A stretch of 64,000 bases of DNA, taken from the NCBI GenBank assembly GCA_037308085.1, contig CP147779.1:256001-320000 (forward strand). The letters run 5' to 3'. This document shows positions 8,612 to 18,150 of this stretch, one piece after another (the first letter of the stretch is position 1; every line of letters starts with the position of its first letter). A model generated the notes under the pieces. That model did not search any database. It had not been told where the DNA came from and was given only the letters and a program-made list of their open reading frames with translations. A program made the position numbers and the translations under genes. Source of the stretch: Promethearchaeati archaeon SRVP18_Atabeyarchaeia-1. Lineage in GTDB: Archaea; Asgardarchaeota; Atabeyarchaeia; Atabeyarchaeales; Atabeyarchaeaceae.

Positions 8612-10153
8612 CTATATCTTTCTGTTGAACATTCGCCAAGTCAAGCACAGTGTCTTGGGGTGGGCTGCCTTACGCTCATCAAGTCTCCTCCTTGATGTGT
8701 TCACGGGTGCGTCGTGTAAGAGGCGCGGGGATTCGTGGGCCTCTCTAACTATTTCCTCCATTGCTTCGGCGAAGTTGTCTAGATCTTCTTTTGTGGCAGA
8801 CTCCGTTGGCTCTACCATTAGAGCTTCCTCGACTATTGATGGGAAGTATATTGTTGGTGCGTGGATCCCATGGTCAAGCAGCCTCTTTGCAACATCCAGC
8901 GTCGTGACTCCAGTTTCCTGTTTGAGTTTTTCACCGCTAAGCACTGATTCATGCTTTCTCGGTTTCTCTCGCAGTGTCGGTTTCAGAACAAGAAGTTTTG
9001 ACAACTTGGACGCTATGTAATTACTGTTCAGGACAGCGATGCTGGCTGCTTCGGCGAGTCCTTCTGCGCCCATTGTGAGTATGTACGTGAATGCTCTGAC
9101 CAGCACGCCGAAGTTGCCATAGAACCCCTTGACTTTTCCAATTGACTGCGGCCGGTCATAATCGAAGTAGTAGTGCTCTCCGTCAAATTCCACGGTGGGT
9201 ATTGGAAGGAATCTCTCCAGCTGCTTGGTCACTCCTACTGGACCAGCTCCTGGTCCTCCTCCTCCATGAGGTGTGGAGAACGTCTTGTGCAGATTGGTGT
9301 GGACAATATCGAACCCCATGTCGCCTGGTCGTATTCTGCCCACGATCGCATTAAGGTTCGCGCCATCGTAGTAGAGAAGCCCACCGGCACCGTGCACCAG
9401 TTCGGCTATTTCCCCAATATCTTCTTCGAAGAGCCCCAGCGTGTTGGGGTTCGTTAGCATCAGACCTGCCGTCTTATCCGATATTGCTGCCTTAAGGGCA
9501 TCGATGTTCATGCATCCTTTCTCGTTAGACGGAATCGTGACTACATTGAAGCCGCCCATGGCCGCGCTTGAAGGGTTTGTGCCGTGAGCCGAGTCTGGTA
9601 CCAAGATATCGGTTCTTTTTCCAAGTTCGTGGTTTAATCGGTGGTATGCTCTTATGATCTGGATCCCGGTGAATTCGCCATTTGCCCCCGCGGCGGGTTG
9701 GACGGATACGCGGTACATACCCATGATTTCTGCTAGCCATTTCTCTAGTTTAAAGATTATTTCGAGTGACCCTTGAACGGTGCTCAAATCCTGGTACGGG
9801 TGGATTTCATTCAGCTTCTCGAGGCCTGCTATCTGATCATTGATTTTTGGGTTGTATTTCATCGTGCATGAGCCGAGCGGATAGAATCCTGAATCTACGC
9901 CGTAGCTCATCTGTGATAGCCTAACGAAGTGCCGTGCAACTTGTACCTCGGATAATTCGGGGAGCGCAGGAGGTTTTTGCCTACGCATAGTGGAAGGAAC
10001 TAGCTTCCCCGGGTCCCCAACAAGCCTTTTCACTTCTTCATCGATTCTAGGTAGTTTGAACCCCGTTCTTCCTTCTTCTCCCATTTGAAAGATGAGAGGC
10101 TCATCCCACGATGCCTGTCTGAAAACACTTTTCTTAATCGTCATCTTGTTCAC
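8612..10153 (-). CDS. gcvPB: Glycine dehydrogenase (decarboxylating) subunit 2
   Basis: PLGSCTMKYNP, SAHGTNP and NLHKTFSTPHGGGGPG (PLP Lys). Confidence 0.95.
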   Translation of the reverse strand: MNKMTIKKSVFRQASWDEPLIFQMGEEGRTGFKLPRIDEEVKRLVGDPGKLVPSTMRRQKPPALPELSEVQVARHFVRLSQMSYGVDSGFYPLGSCTMKYNPKINDQIAGLEKLNEIHPYQDLSTVQGSLEIIFKLEKWLAEIMGMYRVSVQPAAGANGEFTGIQIIRAYHRLNHELGKRTDILVPDSAHGTNPSSAAMGGFNVVTIPSNEKGCMNIDALKAAISDKTAGLMLTNPNTLGLFEEDIGEIAELVHGAGGLLYYDGANLNAIVGRIRPGDMGFDIVHTNLHKTFSTPHGGGGPGAGPVGVTKQLERFLPIPTVEFDGEHYYFDYDRPQSIGKVKGFYGNFGVLVRAFTYILTMGAEGLAEAASIAVLNSNYIASKLSKLLVLKPTLREKPRKHESVLSGEKLKQETGVTTLDVAKRLLDHGIHAPTIYFPSIVEEALMVEPTESATKEDLDNFAEAMEEIVREAHESPRLLHDAPVNTSRRRLDERKAAHPKTLCLTWRMFNRKI

Positions 10154-10166
10154 CTTTCCTTAAGAT

Positions 10167-11612
10167 TCACTCTTTTCTCAAGTGCGTTTGGCTTTCCTGG
10201 CCTCTTTCTATTCTGTTGGAACCTGCCATGACCTCCTCAGAAGCTTCAACCAGATTCTCTATGTCCGCCTTTGAGTGGATCTCGGTGACGCATAGCAGTG
10301 CAGTATTTCCAAACTCCGGGAACTCCTTATCAATTGGGTGACCACCTTGAATGCCTCTTCTAAGGAGTTCGCCGTTGTAGACGCTTATGGGTTTGCCCGA
10401 TTCATCAGTACTCAACGTGAATTCCTTGAAGTGCGCTCCTTCGATCACCGGCACTCTTAATCCCTTTATCTTGCTCAGTCTGCGGATTGCGTAGTTCGTG
10501 TCTGCAAGGATGAGTTCTCCGAGTTGTCTGAACCCCTTGGCCCCGAGAAGAGAAGAATAGACCAACGCTGCTACCGCACATAGTGCTTCGTTGCTTGTTA
10601 TGTTCGATGTCGCTCTCTCTCTTCGTATATGCTGTTCCCTTGTCTGAAGGGTTAATACGAAGCCAGTGTCATTACCTTCAAGCGTTGTTGTCATACCTAC
10701 GAGCCGACCAGGCACTTGTCTTATCAGCTTCAGATCCTCCCTGCAGCCAAGTATTCCAAGGAGCGGACCACCGAAGCTCATATGGTTACCAAGCGGTTGG
10801 CCTTCGCCTATCGCTATGTCAGCATCGTACTCCCCCGGGGGGCGGATTACTCCAAGCGATGTGGGATCTACCCCAGCTATGAGAAGGCTTCCCCGCTCAT
10901 GAGCTATCTTTGAGATATCATCGACCTGTTCCTCTAAGAACCCGAAGTAGGACGGGTTCTCAACGTATACGGCTGCTACGTCCTCGGACAACTTGTCCTT
11001 AAGAGACTGAAGGGATAGTTGACCCGTTTTCTCTTGTGGCGATATTTCCTCAACTTTTATTCCAGAACCCTCGACATAGGTTTTCAGTACTTTAAACCTA
11101 TCCGGATGTATGATGTGTGGAATCAGAATGATGCTCCTTTGCGTCACCCTTTTTGCAAGCAGAGCCGCTTCTCCAAGTGCTGTCGACCAGTCATAGAGTG
11201 AACTGTTGACGACCTCCATGTCCAGCAACTCAGCCATGACGCTTTGGTACTCAAAAAGAGCTTGCAGAATGCCTTGCGCAATTTCAGGTTGATAGGGCGT
11301 GTACGATGTCAGGAATTCGCTTCGACTGACAATCATATCAACTAGGGCAGGTACGTAGTGAGGCCACACGCCAGCGCCCAAGAAGGTTGGCATCTCGTGT
11401 ATGGTTCTGTTCTTGAGTATGATCGAGTTCAGAATGCGCCGGACTTCAACTTCGGAATGCGAAGATGGCATTCCCCTTAGCTCATGCCTCGGGATGCTTT
11501 TAGGTATATCACGGTAGAGTTCTTCGACGCTCTCGACGCCGATTTCCTTCAGCATCTCTCTCATGATCTTCTCGGAGGAGTTGGGAATATAGGGGTTCGA
11601 ATCAGGGATCAT
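10167..11612 (-). CDS. gcvPA: Glycine dehydrogenase (decarboxylating) subunit 1
   Basis: FLTSYTPYQPEIAQG and TREQHIRRERATSNI. Confidence 0.95.
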   Translation of the reverse strand: MIPDSNPYIPNSSEKIMREMLKEIGVESVEELYRDIPKSIPRHELRGMPSSHSEVEVRRILNSIILKNRTIHEMPTFLGAGVWPHYVPALVDMIVSRSEFLTSYTPYQPEIAQGILQALFEYQSVMAELLDMEVVNSSLYDWSTALGEAALLAKRVTQRSIILIPHIIHPDRFKVLKTYVEGSGIKVEEISPQEKTGQLSLQSLKDKLSEDVAAVYVENPSYFGFLEEQVDDISKIAHERGSLLIAGVDPTSLGVIRPPGEYDADIAIGEGQPLGNHMSFGGPLLGILGCREDLKLIRQVPGRLVGMTTTLEGNDTGFVLTLQTREQHIRRERATSNITSNEALCAVAALVYSSLLGAKGFRQLGELILADTNYAIRRLSKIKGLRVPVIEGAHFKEFTLSTDESGKPISVYNGELLRRGIQGGHPIDKEFPEFGNTALLCVTEIHSKADIENLVEASEEVMAGSNRIERGQESQTHLRKE

Positions 11613-11897
11613 GTGTTGTGTGCACCTCTCAGATCTGCTTTTCCGCGGGATAATTCTGCCTCTTCCATTGACATGTCGAGGCGATAGAGTATTTCATCGC
11701 ACCTAGTGGCATAAGGTAGACATTAACCTTTTTTCAGCCTTTTGGGCAATCGTGCCAGATGGAGAAGAGCGGTAGAAGCACTTCCAGAGAGTCATTTGTT
11801 CCATAATATTACTCAGACCTCAATAAAACGGAAGTATTCCAGCACGTAAAGTGCAAAAAGCTTATTAGGTATCGTTATTTCAAATGAGTGTCATCAG

Positions 11898-13721
11898 TTG
11901 TGGTGGGTTTGCACTTTGAGCACCAAGAAGTACGCTGATTTGCTGATAGTGTCATTCATGCTGTGCGTAGTCACTTTCGCTCTTCTTGGAGGGGCTCCTT
12001 TCGCTAATTCTTCGCAAGCTGCTTATGGCTATGGTCACAATGGCCTCGGCAGCAGCAGTCCGCTTCCTCAACATGACATTGGACCTATTGATCAGAACAT
12101 TTCGCTTGTCAACACTCAGGCGATAAGGGTTGTGAGTATTGGAGACTGCGGCTTGGTGACCGTAAACGATACCGTTACAGTCCGCAACAACGGCAGCATC
12201 ACCGCGTTCTACTGGACATTCTACTTTCCCCCAGACGCGTATACGAATCTAACATATGTTGCAGCTTACGGCAACGGGACGAGTCTGAATGTGGTTGCGG
12301 TCCCACCATTCGAGTCATTTGTGGGTATGAGAGCCGATCTCACAGACATAGGCGGGTTGGCTGTCAACTCCTCCATACGTATGACTCTGATTCAGCAGTA
12401 CTCTGGCCTTGTCAAGCCCTATCCAACACCAGGAACGCAACGAGCCTTACTTTACTTCTACAGGTTTCTAGTGTCCCCTTATCTCACGATGAAATACAAT
12501 GTGTCCGTTCGACTCCCAACGTCGGCGACCCCAAGCAATGAGCTGACCGAGATGTACGCCAGCATAGTCGCGCCCTTCAACTGCACTAGATTGGGTTCCG
12601 CATCGGGCGGAAGTTACAACTTTGTGCTCGCTGGCGGGCAGTCTTTAGTAGAAGTTAGCGTTGACCGCGTTCTTGAGATCAGGGCTGATGGGTACATTTC
12701 CGTGACCGAGACCCACCGCGTCAGGAACATCGGTCCTCAGCCTTTCGGAACCATCAGTTTCACTTTGCCACTCACAGTGATTGGCGGAAGTCTAGAGGCT
12801 CGAGACTCATCTGGGCAATTAGATTTGTTATCCCAAGGAAGAATCGTGACGGTGGCTTTGCGCTACTACCTAAGTGTGAACAATAGTTTCACCTACTACG
12901 TGTCCTACAGGACATACATCGATGATTATAGGACATTCGAGAATGGGTTGTATGTGATCCGTATGTCGCCAGTCACCGTCTACAATTCAAGCGTGAGTTC
13001 AGAGACGACGTCAGTGATTTTCCCGTATCGTGATCAAGTGTATTCCGCCAGCAACTCCCCGAGTGAGGTTGGCGTAAAAGGGGATAATATGATAGTCACC
13101 TATGTGTTCCATAACGTCACACCTCTGAACGCCGGTTCGGTTGAACTGAGGTACAGCGAGGATGCTTCACTGGCTTTCTTGCGACCGCTCGTCATATCAT
13201 TGGGAGTCCTCGTAATTGGTTTCGCATATGTAGCCGCCAGGAAGTTCTTCCGCAAAACGGGTCCGACAAGTACTGTAACAGTAACTGGAGTAAAAGAGCG
13301 GGGGCTCTCTCCTATAATCAAGACATTCTGCTCAAACTATGAGGAAAAGACTGCGCTGACCCTTGAAATGGAGAAACTCGCAGAGGATCGGCGGAAGGGC
13401 AGAGTCAGTAAGAGGGCTTACATTGAGCGCGTCCAACTTGGAGGACGGCGCATAGCTTCACTCACGAACAGCATTAATGAGGACAAGAAAAAGCTCATTC
13501 CAGCAAGCAAGAGGTTTGCAGCGATCATAAGGCAACTTGACACATACGAAGAAGAAAGGGAGAACGCTAGAGCAGCTCTCGAGAACTTGGAGCTGAGAAG
13601 ACGACAAGGAAAGGTCTCGGGAGACGTGTACAACAGCCTCAAATACGAGAACACTAAGAAGATCGATAAAGCGACTGCTGGTATCGACAGTCTGATAGTC
13701 CAGTTCCGCCAGGAAGCCTAG
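11898..13721 (+). CDS. Ribophorin-I-like (OST1/RPN1) type I membrane protein
   Basis: Signal peptide; two repeated beta-rich domains (RVVSI..GLVTVNDT and RVLEI..GYISVTET); many NxS/T sequons; one TM helix; cytosolic coiled coil. Confidence 0.65.
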   Translation: MWWVCTLSTKKYADLLIVSFMLCVVTFALLGGAPFANSSQAAYGYGHNGLGSSSPLPQHDIGPIDQNISLVNTQAIRVVSIGDCGLVTVNDTVTVRNNGSITAFYWTFYFPPDAYTNLTYVAAYGNGTSLNVVAVPPFESFVGMRADLTDIGGLAVNSSIRMTLIQQYSGLVKPYPTPGTQRALLYFYRFLVSPYLTMKYNVSVRLPTSATPSNELTEMYASIVAPFNCTRLGSASGGSYNFVLAGGQSLVEVSVDRVLEIRADGYISVTETHRVRNIGPQPFGTISFTLPLTVIGGSLEARDSSGQLDLLSQGRIVTVALRYYLSVNNSFTYYVSYRTYIDDYRTFENGLYVIRMSPVTVYNSSVSSETTSVIFPYRDQVYSASNSPSEVGVKGDNMIVTYVFHNVTPLNAGSVELRYSEDASLAFLRPLVISLGVLVIGFAYVAARKFFRKTGPTSTVTVTGVKERGLSPIIKTFCSNYEEKTALTLEMEKLAEDRRKGRVSKRAYIERVQLGGRRIASLTNSINEDKKKLIPASKRFAAIIRQLDTYEEERENARAALENLELRRRQGKVSGDVYNSLKYENTKKIDKATAGIDSLIVQFRQEA

Positions 13722-13842
13722 TGAAAGACTGTTGAGAAGAACTGACTGACGGAATGATACCAAAAAGCTTTTTTAAGCATTTGATGTCAATTCTGACCTA
13801 ATTACAGCGTCACCACTTATGATTAAGGAGGTAACCTGTTTC

Positions 13843-14031
13843 ATGGCAAAAATCAATGTGGATCTCGACAAATGTACAGGCTGCGGGACATGCTCCGAAG
13901 TTTGTCCTCAATCATGCTTCGAACTGGACAGCGAAGCGGGGAAGACGAAGGTCGTCAACGAGGACGAATGCTTGGCATGCAGAGCGTGCGAATCCCAATG
14001 TGAGCAACAGGCCATAAGCATTGAGGAATAG
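13843..14031 (+). CDS. 2[4Fe-4S] ferredoxin
   Basis: CTGCGTCSEVCP and CLACRACESQC; GGAGGT RBS upstream. Confidence 0.92.
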   Translation: MAKINVDLDKCTGCGTCSEVCPQSCFELDSEAGKTKVVNEDECLACRACESQCEQQAISIEE

Positions 14032-14171
14032 AAGTCGGGGGCTTGATTCGAGTCAGATAGGGCTACCCCTCTTATTTTCTCCAGCTGAAACTGTCAGTTT
14101 GAACTGCGGACAACTCCATAAGCAGAATTCAGGAAACAATTTTAAGGTGTGAGAATCCTGTATGACTGTAG

Positions 14172-14309
14172 AGCCCCGTGGTCTAGCGACCCCGAGCCAA
14201 CGGTCGTCGGCTCGGGCTAGAAGCCAATGATGGCGGGCTTTGGACCCGTTGACGGGAGTTCGAATCACTCAGATGATTTTTGAGGGCGAGAGTCTCCCCG
14301 GGGCTACCA
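14172..14309 (+). tRNA. tRNA-Gln(TTG) with two BHB introns (14189-14222 at 18/19; 14265-14292 at 59/60); CCA encoded
   Basis: AGCCCCG/CGGGGCT acceptor; GCGGG-CT-TTG-GA-CCCGT anticodon arm; BHB helices CTAG/CTAG and TTCG/CGAG. Confidence 0.9.
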
Positions 14310-14492
14310 ACTCTCTTCTTCCTCACTGGTTTCTGCGCTTAGGCGCGGACTAACACTAGTTTTCCAAGCTACTCCTTCCGGATAACCCGAGGAAGCATAC
14401 TTATAGGGGTCAAAGCCAGTTGACTTATCACTCATCCAAGATTCGAGTTTGATTTGAATCCCAGTACAAGGGATCAGAAGTGAGGGAATCTT

Positions 14493-15851
14493 ATGTTAGA
14501 GGGTGATGCGGTTAAGGAGTATTTGAAGCGGACACCGATGTCCAAGAAGCTATTTGAAGAAGCATTGAAGTATTCGCCTGGTGGTGTGAGTCACAACATC
14601 CGCTATTTCCGGCCCTATCCGTTTTTTGTGAAAAGAGCGGAGGGCTCGCGCCTGATAGATGTTGACAATAATGCCTACACAGATTACTGGATGGTTCATA
14701 TGTCTGCCATCCTCGGGCATGCACACCCAGAGATCATTAGAGCCATTTCTCGACAGATCCCCATGGGCTTTCACTATGGGACGGCAAATGAGGTAAGTGT
14801 AGACCTTGCGGAGACGATCTGCAGGAATCTGCCGTCCGCTGAGATGTTGAGGTTCTGCAATAGCGGATTGGAAGCAACTAGTTATGCTGTAAGGCTCGCC
14901 AGAGGTTACACGAGCAAGAAGTATATTGTAAAGATGATCGGGGGATGGCATGGAGGAAATGAGTTGCAGGTTGCAGTAACACCGCCTTTTGACAAACCTG
15001 AATCGAAGGGTATCCTCGATGAGCAATCAAAGTTCATTGTTTCAGTTCCCTTTAACGACATAGAGGGAACTTCAAGTTCTATAAACAAGCTCTCCGGCGA
15101 GATTGCTGGGATCATAGTCGAGCCCGTGCTGGGCTCAGGCGGATGTATCCCTGCTGACCTTGAGTACTTGAAATCTCTGCGGGAGCTTGCCCACGATAAT
15201 GATGCTTTGCTGATATTCGACGAAGTAATAACCGGTTTCAGAGTCGCACTCAACTCGGCGCAAGGTTACTTCCACGTGAAACCTGATCTTACAACATTGG
15301 GCAAGGTGATAGGCGGCGGATTCCCGATAGGTGCGCTGGCCGGAAGGAAGGAAATCATGAATCTCGCTGATCATACCCACGCAACGGGAAAGGGGGAATA
15401 TGTGTGGATTGGCGGAGGGACCTTCTCGATGAACCCAATGTCAATGACAGCAGGTCTTGCCACCCTTAGGTTCCTAATCGAAAACCCGAAGCTCTATGAC
15501 CATATCGGAAGACTCGGAGAAAGGGCCCGCACCGAAGTCGATAGGCAATTCGCCGACCGCGGGATCCCTACAAAGAGTACTGGCATGGGTTCCCTGCTCC
15601 AGACACATTTCCTACGCGAAGAAGGGCTCTGCATGAAGAATGCTGAGGACAAAAGCATTAACACGCTAAAGGAGAAGCAGTCCAAATACCACTTCAGGCT
15701 ACTCGTTAATGGAATCTTCTTCCTTCCAGAACACGAAGGGGCCATCTCCGCTGCGCATAATGAAAGGGACATTGAGAGGCTTGCGGAGGCATCTGGCAAG
15801 ATCGCGGATGAAATGTTAGTAGAAGAGAAGTCCCTCCAGTCACGAGACTAG
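14493..15851 (+). CDS. Class III PLP aminotransferase, glutamate-1-semialdehyde aminomutase (HemL)-like
   Basis: SPGGVS, NSGLEA, LIFDEVITGFR and GKVIGGGFP. Confidence 0.8.
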   Translation: MLEGDAVKEYLKRTPMSKKLFEEALKYSPGGVSHNIRYFRPYPFFVKRAEGSRLIDVDNNAYTDYWMVHMSAILGHAHPEIIRAISRQIPMGFHYGTANEVSVDLAETICRNLPSAEMLRFCNSGLEATSYAVRLARGYTSKKYIVKMIGGWHGGNELQVAVTPPFDKPESKGILDEQSKFIVSVPFNDIEGTSSSINKLSGEIAGIIVEPVLGSGGCIPADLEYLKSLRELAHDNDALLIFDEVITGFRVALNSAQGYFHVKPDLTTLGKVIGGGFPIGALAGRKEIMNLADHTHATGKGEYVWIGGGTFSMNPMSMTAGLATLRFLIENPKLYDHIGRLGERARTEVDRQFADRGIPTKSTGMGSLLQTHFLREEGLCMKNAEDKSINTLKEKQSKYHFRLLVNGIFFLPEHEGAISAAHNERDIERLAEASGKIADEMLVEEKSLQSRD

Positions 15852-16576
15852 CGAGCTTTCACTTTCCTTTTTTCTATTTTCTCTGACTTCTCTGTCTTCA
15901 AGTTGAACGGTTTTCCCTCATTAAGTACCTTCTCAGGTATCCTGGCCGACCATCTCGTCAGAAATGCAACATCCTCATCCGCATTCCTCAGGTCGTCCGG
16001 TAATAAGTGGGGTATGGTTTCGATCACAGGATACCATCGCTGGCATTTCTTGCACGTAATCAATGCTTCCTCCACCTCTGTCAGGAAGAAGTACCAATTC
16101 AGCAGGTGTATATCTGGGAGTATCCCCTGAAACACCTTCTTCAGTTCGTCCAAGCTGACCTTTGTTGACGCCGCTCCAAACTGCTTGGCTGTTTTGCCCA
16201 CGGTGTCTGTTACCTTGGCCTTGACTTGTTCAAGAACCTTGGTCGCCGGCGACGCAGTCGCATCGTCTATTGATTGGGCTGAGGCAACCTTCTCGTTGAC
16301 AATTCGCAGGTATTCTGCGAGCGGTTTCTTTTCGCGCGAAAATTCATCTTCAATCTGGAGCTGATCGCCCTCATCCATCTTTACGCATTTCTCCTTCTTT
16401 CCATTGGGGAGAGTCAATATACAGCTGTCCTCAAGAACAGAGAGCTGACGATTCGTGAAGGCCGATCCAACCTTCGAGAAGTCCTTCTGGTCAGTCTCCC
16501 AGTTGAGGATTCTAAGATCCAGTGGATAGTGCTTGCAAATCGGGCAGGCCAGTATGTCAAGAAGCCATATTCTCAT
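15848..16576 (-). CDS. Trm112-like methyltransferase activator with a long internal insertion
   Basis: LLDILACPICKHYPL...CKKCQRWYPVIETIPHLLPD, with ~145 aa between the Zn-finger halves. Confidence 0.8.
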   Translation of the reverse strand: MRIWLLDILACPICKHYPLDLRILNWETDQKDFSKVGSAFTNRQLSVLEDSCILTLPNGKKEKCVKMDEGDQLQIEDEFSREKKPLAEYLRIVNEKVASAQSIDDATASPATKVLEQVKAKVTDTVGKTAKQFGAASTKVSLDELKKVFQGILPDIHLLNWYFFLTEVEEALITCKKCQRWYPVIETIPHLLPDDLRNADEDVAFLTRWSARIPEKVLNEGKPFNLKTEKSEKIEKRKVKAR

Positions 16577-16588
16577 TTTGACCTTTCA

Positions 16589-17752
16589 CTACCTTTCTCT
16601 CTGATGAGATATAGCATTGCCTTGTGTTCTTATGACTTTCTCCCGCCCCACGGTTGAATGTGGCTCTAATCTTACCTCGGAACAAATCAAGGTATCTTCG
16701 CCTATTTTGCAGCCCGCCCCCAGTACGGCGTATCTCTCTATTCTGGTGTTCGAGCCAATCTCACATTTCTCGTCCAAAATGCACTTGTCGAGCGTGACCC
16801 TTGAATGAATCTCTGCTGAGCCTAAAACAGATGCCCCGTTCAAGTTTGACGATTCCCCCACGCTCACTCCGCGCTTCAATACCGTCCCTGGACGCACCGA
16901 TGCGCCCTTTCTAATCGTACACGAGTCCTCGATGTAGGCTGGACCTTGAATGGTGACTCCCTTCTCGAGGCTTGATCCATCCCCGATCCAGACGCGCCCC
17001 TTTATTGTAGCTTTGGCAATATCTGCTGTGGCAGAGATCGAGGTGGAGAGCTTGCTGAGAATCCATGCGGATGCTTCAAGGAAGCCTTCGACGCTTCCAA
17101 TATCTGTCCAGAACCCTTTTGCACGGTACCCATATAGAGGATTGCCTTTTTCCAAGATAGCCGGAAAGACTTCTCCTGCAAAGTCACATTGTCTATTTCT
17201 CGGGATCAGGTCAAGAGCCTCTGGTTCAAGAACGTACAATCCAGTGCTTATCAAATCGCTCTGAGTCTTCTGGGGAGGAGGCTTCTCCTGAAAACCCGTA
17301 ATTCTGTCGCTGCGACCTAACTTTACTACGCCATATTTCCATGGTTGCTTAACTTGAATTACACTCAGGGTTGCGAAAGCTTTTCTTTTCTTGTGGTATT
17401 CCAACTGTCTTGCCAAATCGATGTCCGTTATATTGTCTCCTTGAATCACGGCGAAAGTCTCGTCCAAGAATTGATCAGCATTCTTGACCGAGCCGGCGGT
17501 GCCCAGGGGGGTATCCTCTCTAGGGTACCTCATAGTGACCCCGAATCGTGAACCATCGCCAAAGTAGCTCTTGATCTGCTCCTCAAGGTAGTTAGCGGTG
17601 ACAATTATTTCGCGAAACCCTTGTTTTGAAAGCATTTCTATTAGATATTGTAGGACGGGTTTGGGTCCTATAGGTAGCATTGGTTTGGGTCGTGAATATG
17701 TGAGTGGACGCAGCCTTGTACCATAGCCACCTGCTAGAACCACCGCCTTCAA
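16589..17752 (-). CDS. NDP-sugar pyrophosphorylase (mannose-1-phosphate guanylyltransferase-like)
   Basis: LAGGYGTRLRPLT..PKP, PLGTAG and a C-terminal hexapeptide LbH region. Confidence 0.88.
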   Translation of the reverse strand: MKAVVLAGGYGTRLRPLTYSRPKPMLPIGPKPVLQYLIEMLSKQGFREIIVTANYLEEQIKSYFGDGSRFGVTMRYPREDTPLGTAGSVKNADQFLDETFAVIQGDNITDIDLARQLEYHKKRKAFATLSVIQVKQPWKYGVVKLGRSDRITGFQEKPPPQKTQSDLISTGLYVLEPEALDLIPRNRQCDFAGEVFPAILEKGNPLYGYRAKGFWTDIGSVEGFLEASAWILSKLSTSISATADIAKATIKGRVWIGDGSSLEKGVTIQGPAYIEDSCTIRKGASVRPGTVLKRGVSVGESSNLNGASVLGSAEIHSRVTLDKCILDEKCEIGSNTRIERYAVLGAGCKIGEDTLICSEVRLEPHSTVGREKVIRTQGNAISHQRER

Positions 17753-17832
17753 TCATTTGCCCCCTAACTGTATCTGTCCATGTAGAAGACACTCTGCTAA
17801 TGACATGGTCAACTTGACATGAGAATCAATAT

Positions 17833-18120
17833 TCACGTGCGCCTCTTCCTACTGATTTTGGAGGCTTTTGAATCCGAGGCATTAAGGTTTCTTGAAAAGT
17901 AGAACTTGACCAACAAGTTCCAAGCATAGAGCCAGATGAGGAGTACAAGGCCAGCAACAGCCAATTGGATTATGTTGATTATGAGCCTACCAGGTCCTCC
18001 AACAAACAACTGATCGATGGGTGGTATCAAAGAGTACTCTAGCGCAAAACAGAGAATCATTGTGAACCAGACGATTGAGATGATCAGTAGCAAACCAGCC
18101 ATGTACTTCCAGTTTGTCAT
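17833..18120 (-). CDS. Small two-TM membrane protein
   Basis: Two hydrophobic helices and a basic tail; co-oriented with its neighbours; GGTGA RBS. Confidence 0.7.
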   Translation of the reverse strand: MTNWKYMAGLLLIISIVWFTMILCFALEYSLIPPIDQLFVGGPGRLIINIIQLAVAGLVLLIWLYAWNLLVKFYFSRNLNASDSKASKISRKRRT

Positions 18121-18150
18121 TGCCGATTTTCACCTTTCTGCGCTAGTCGA

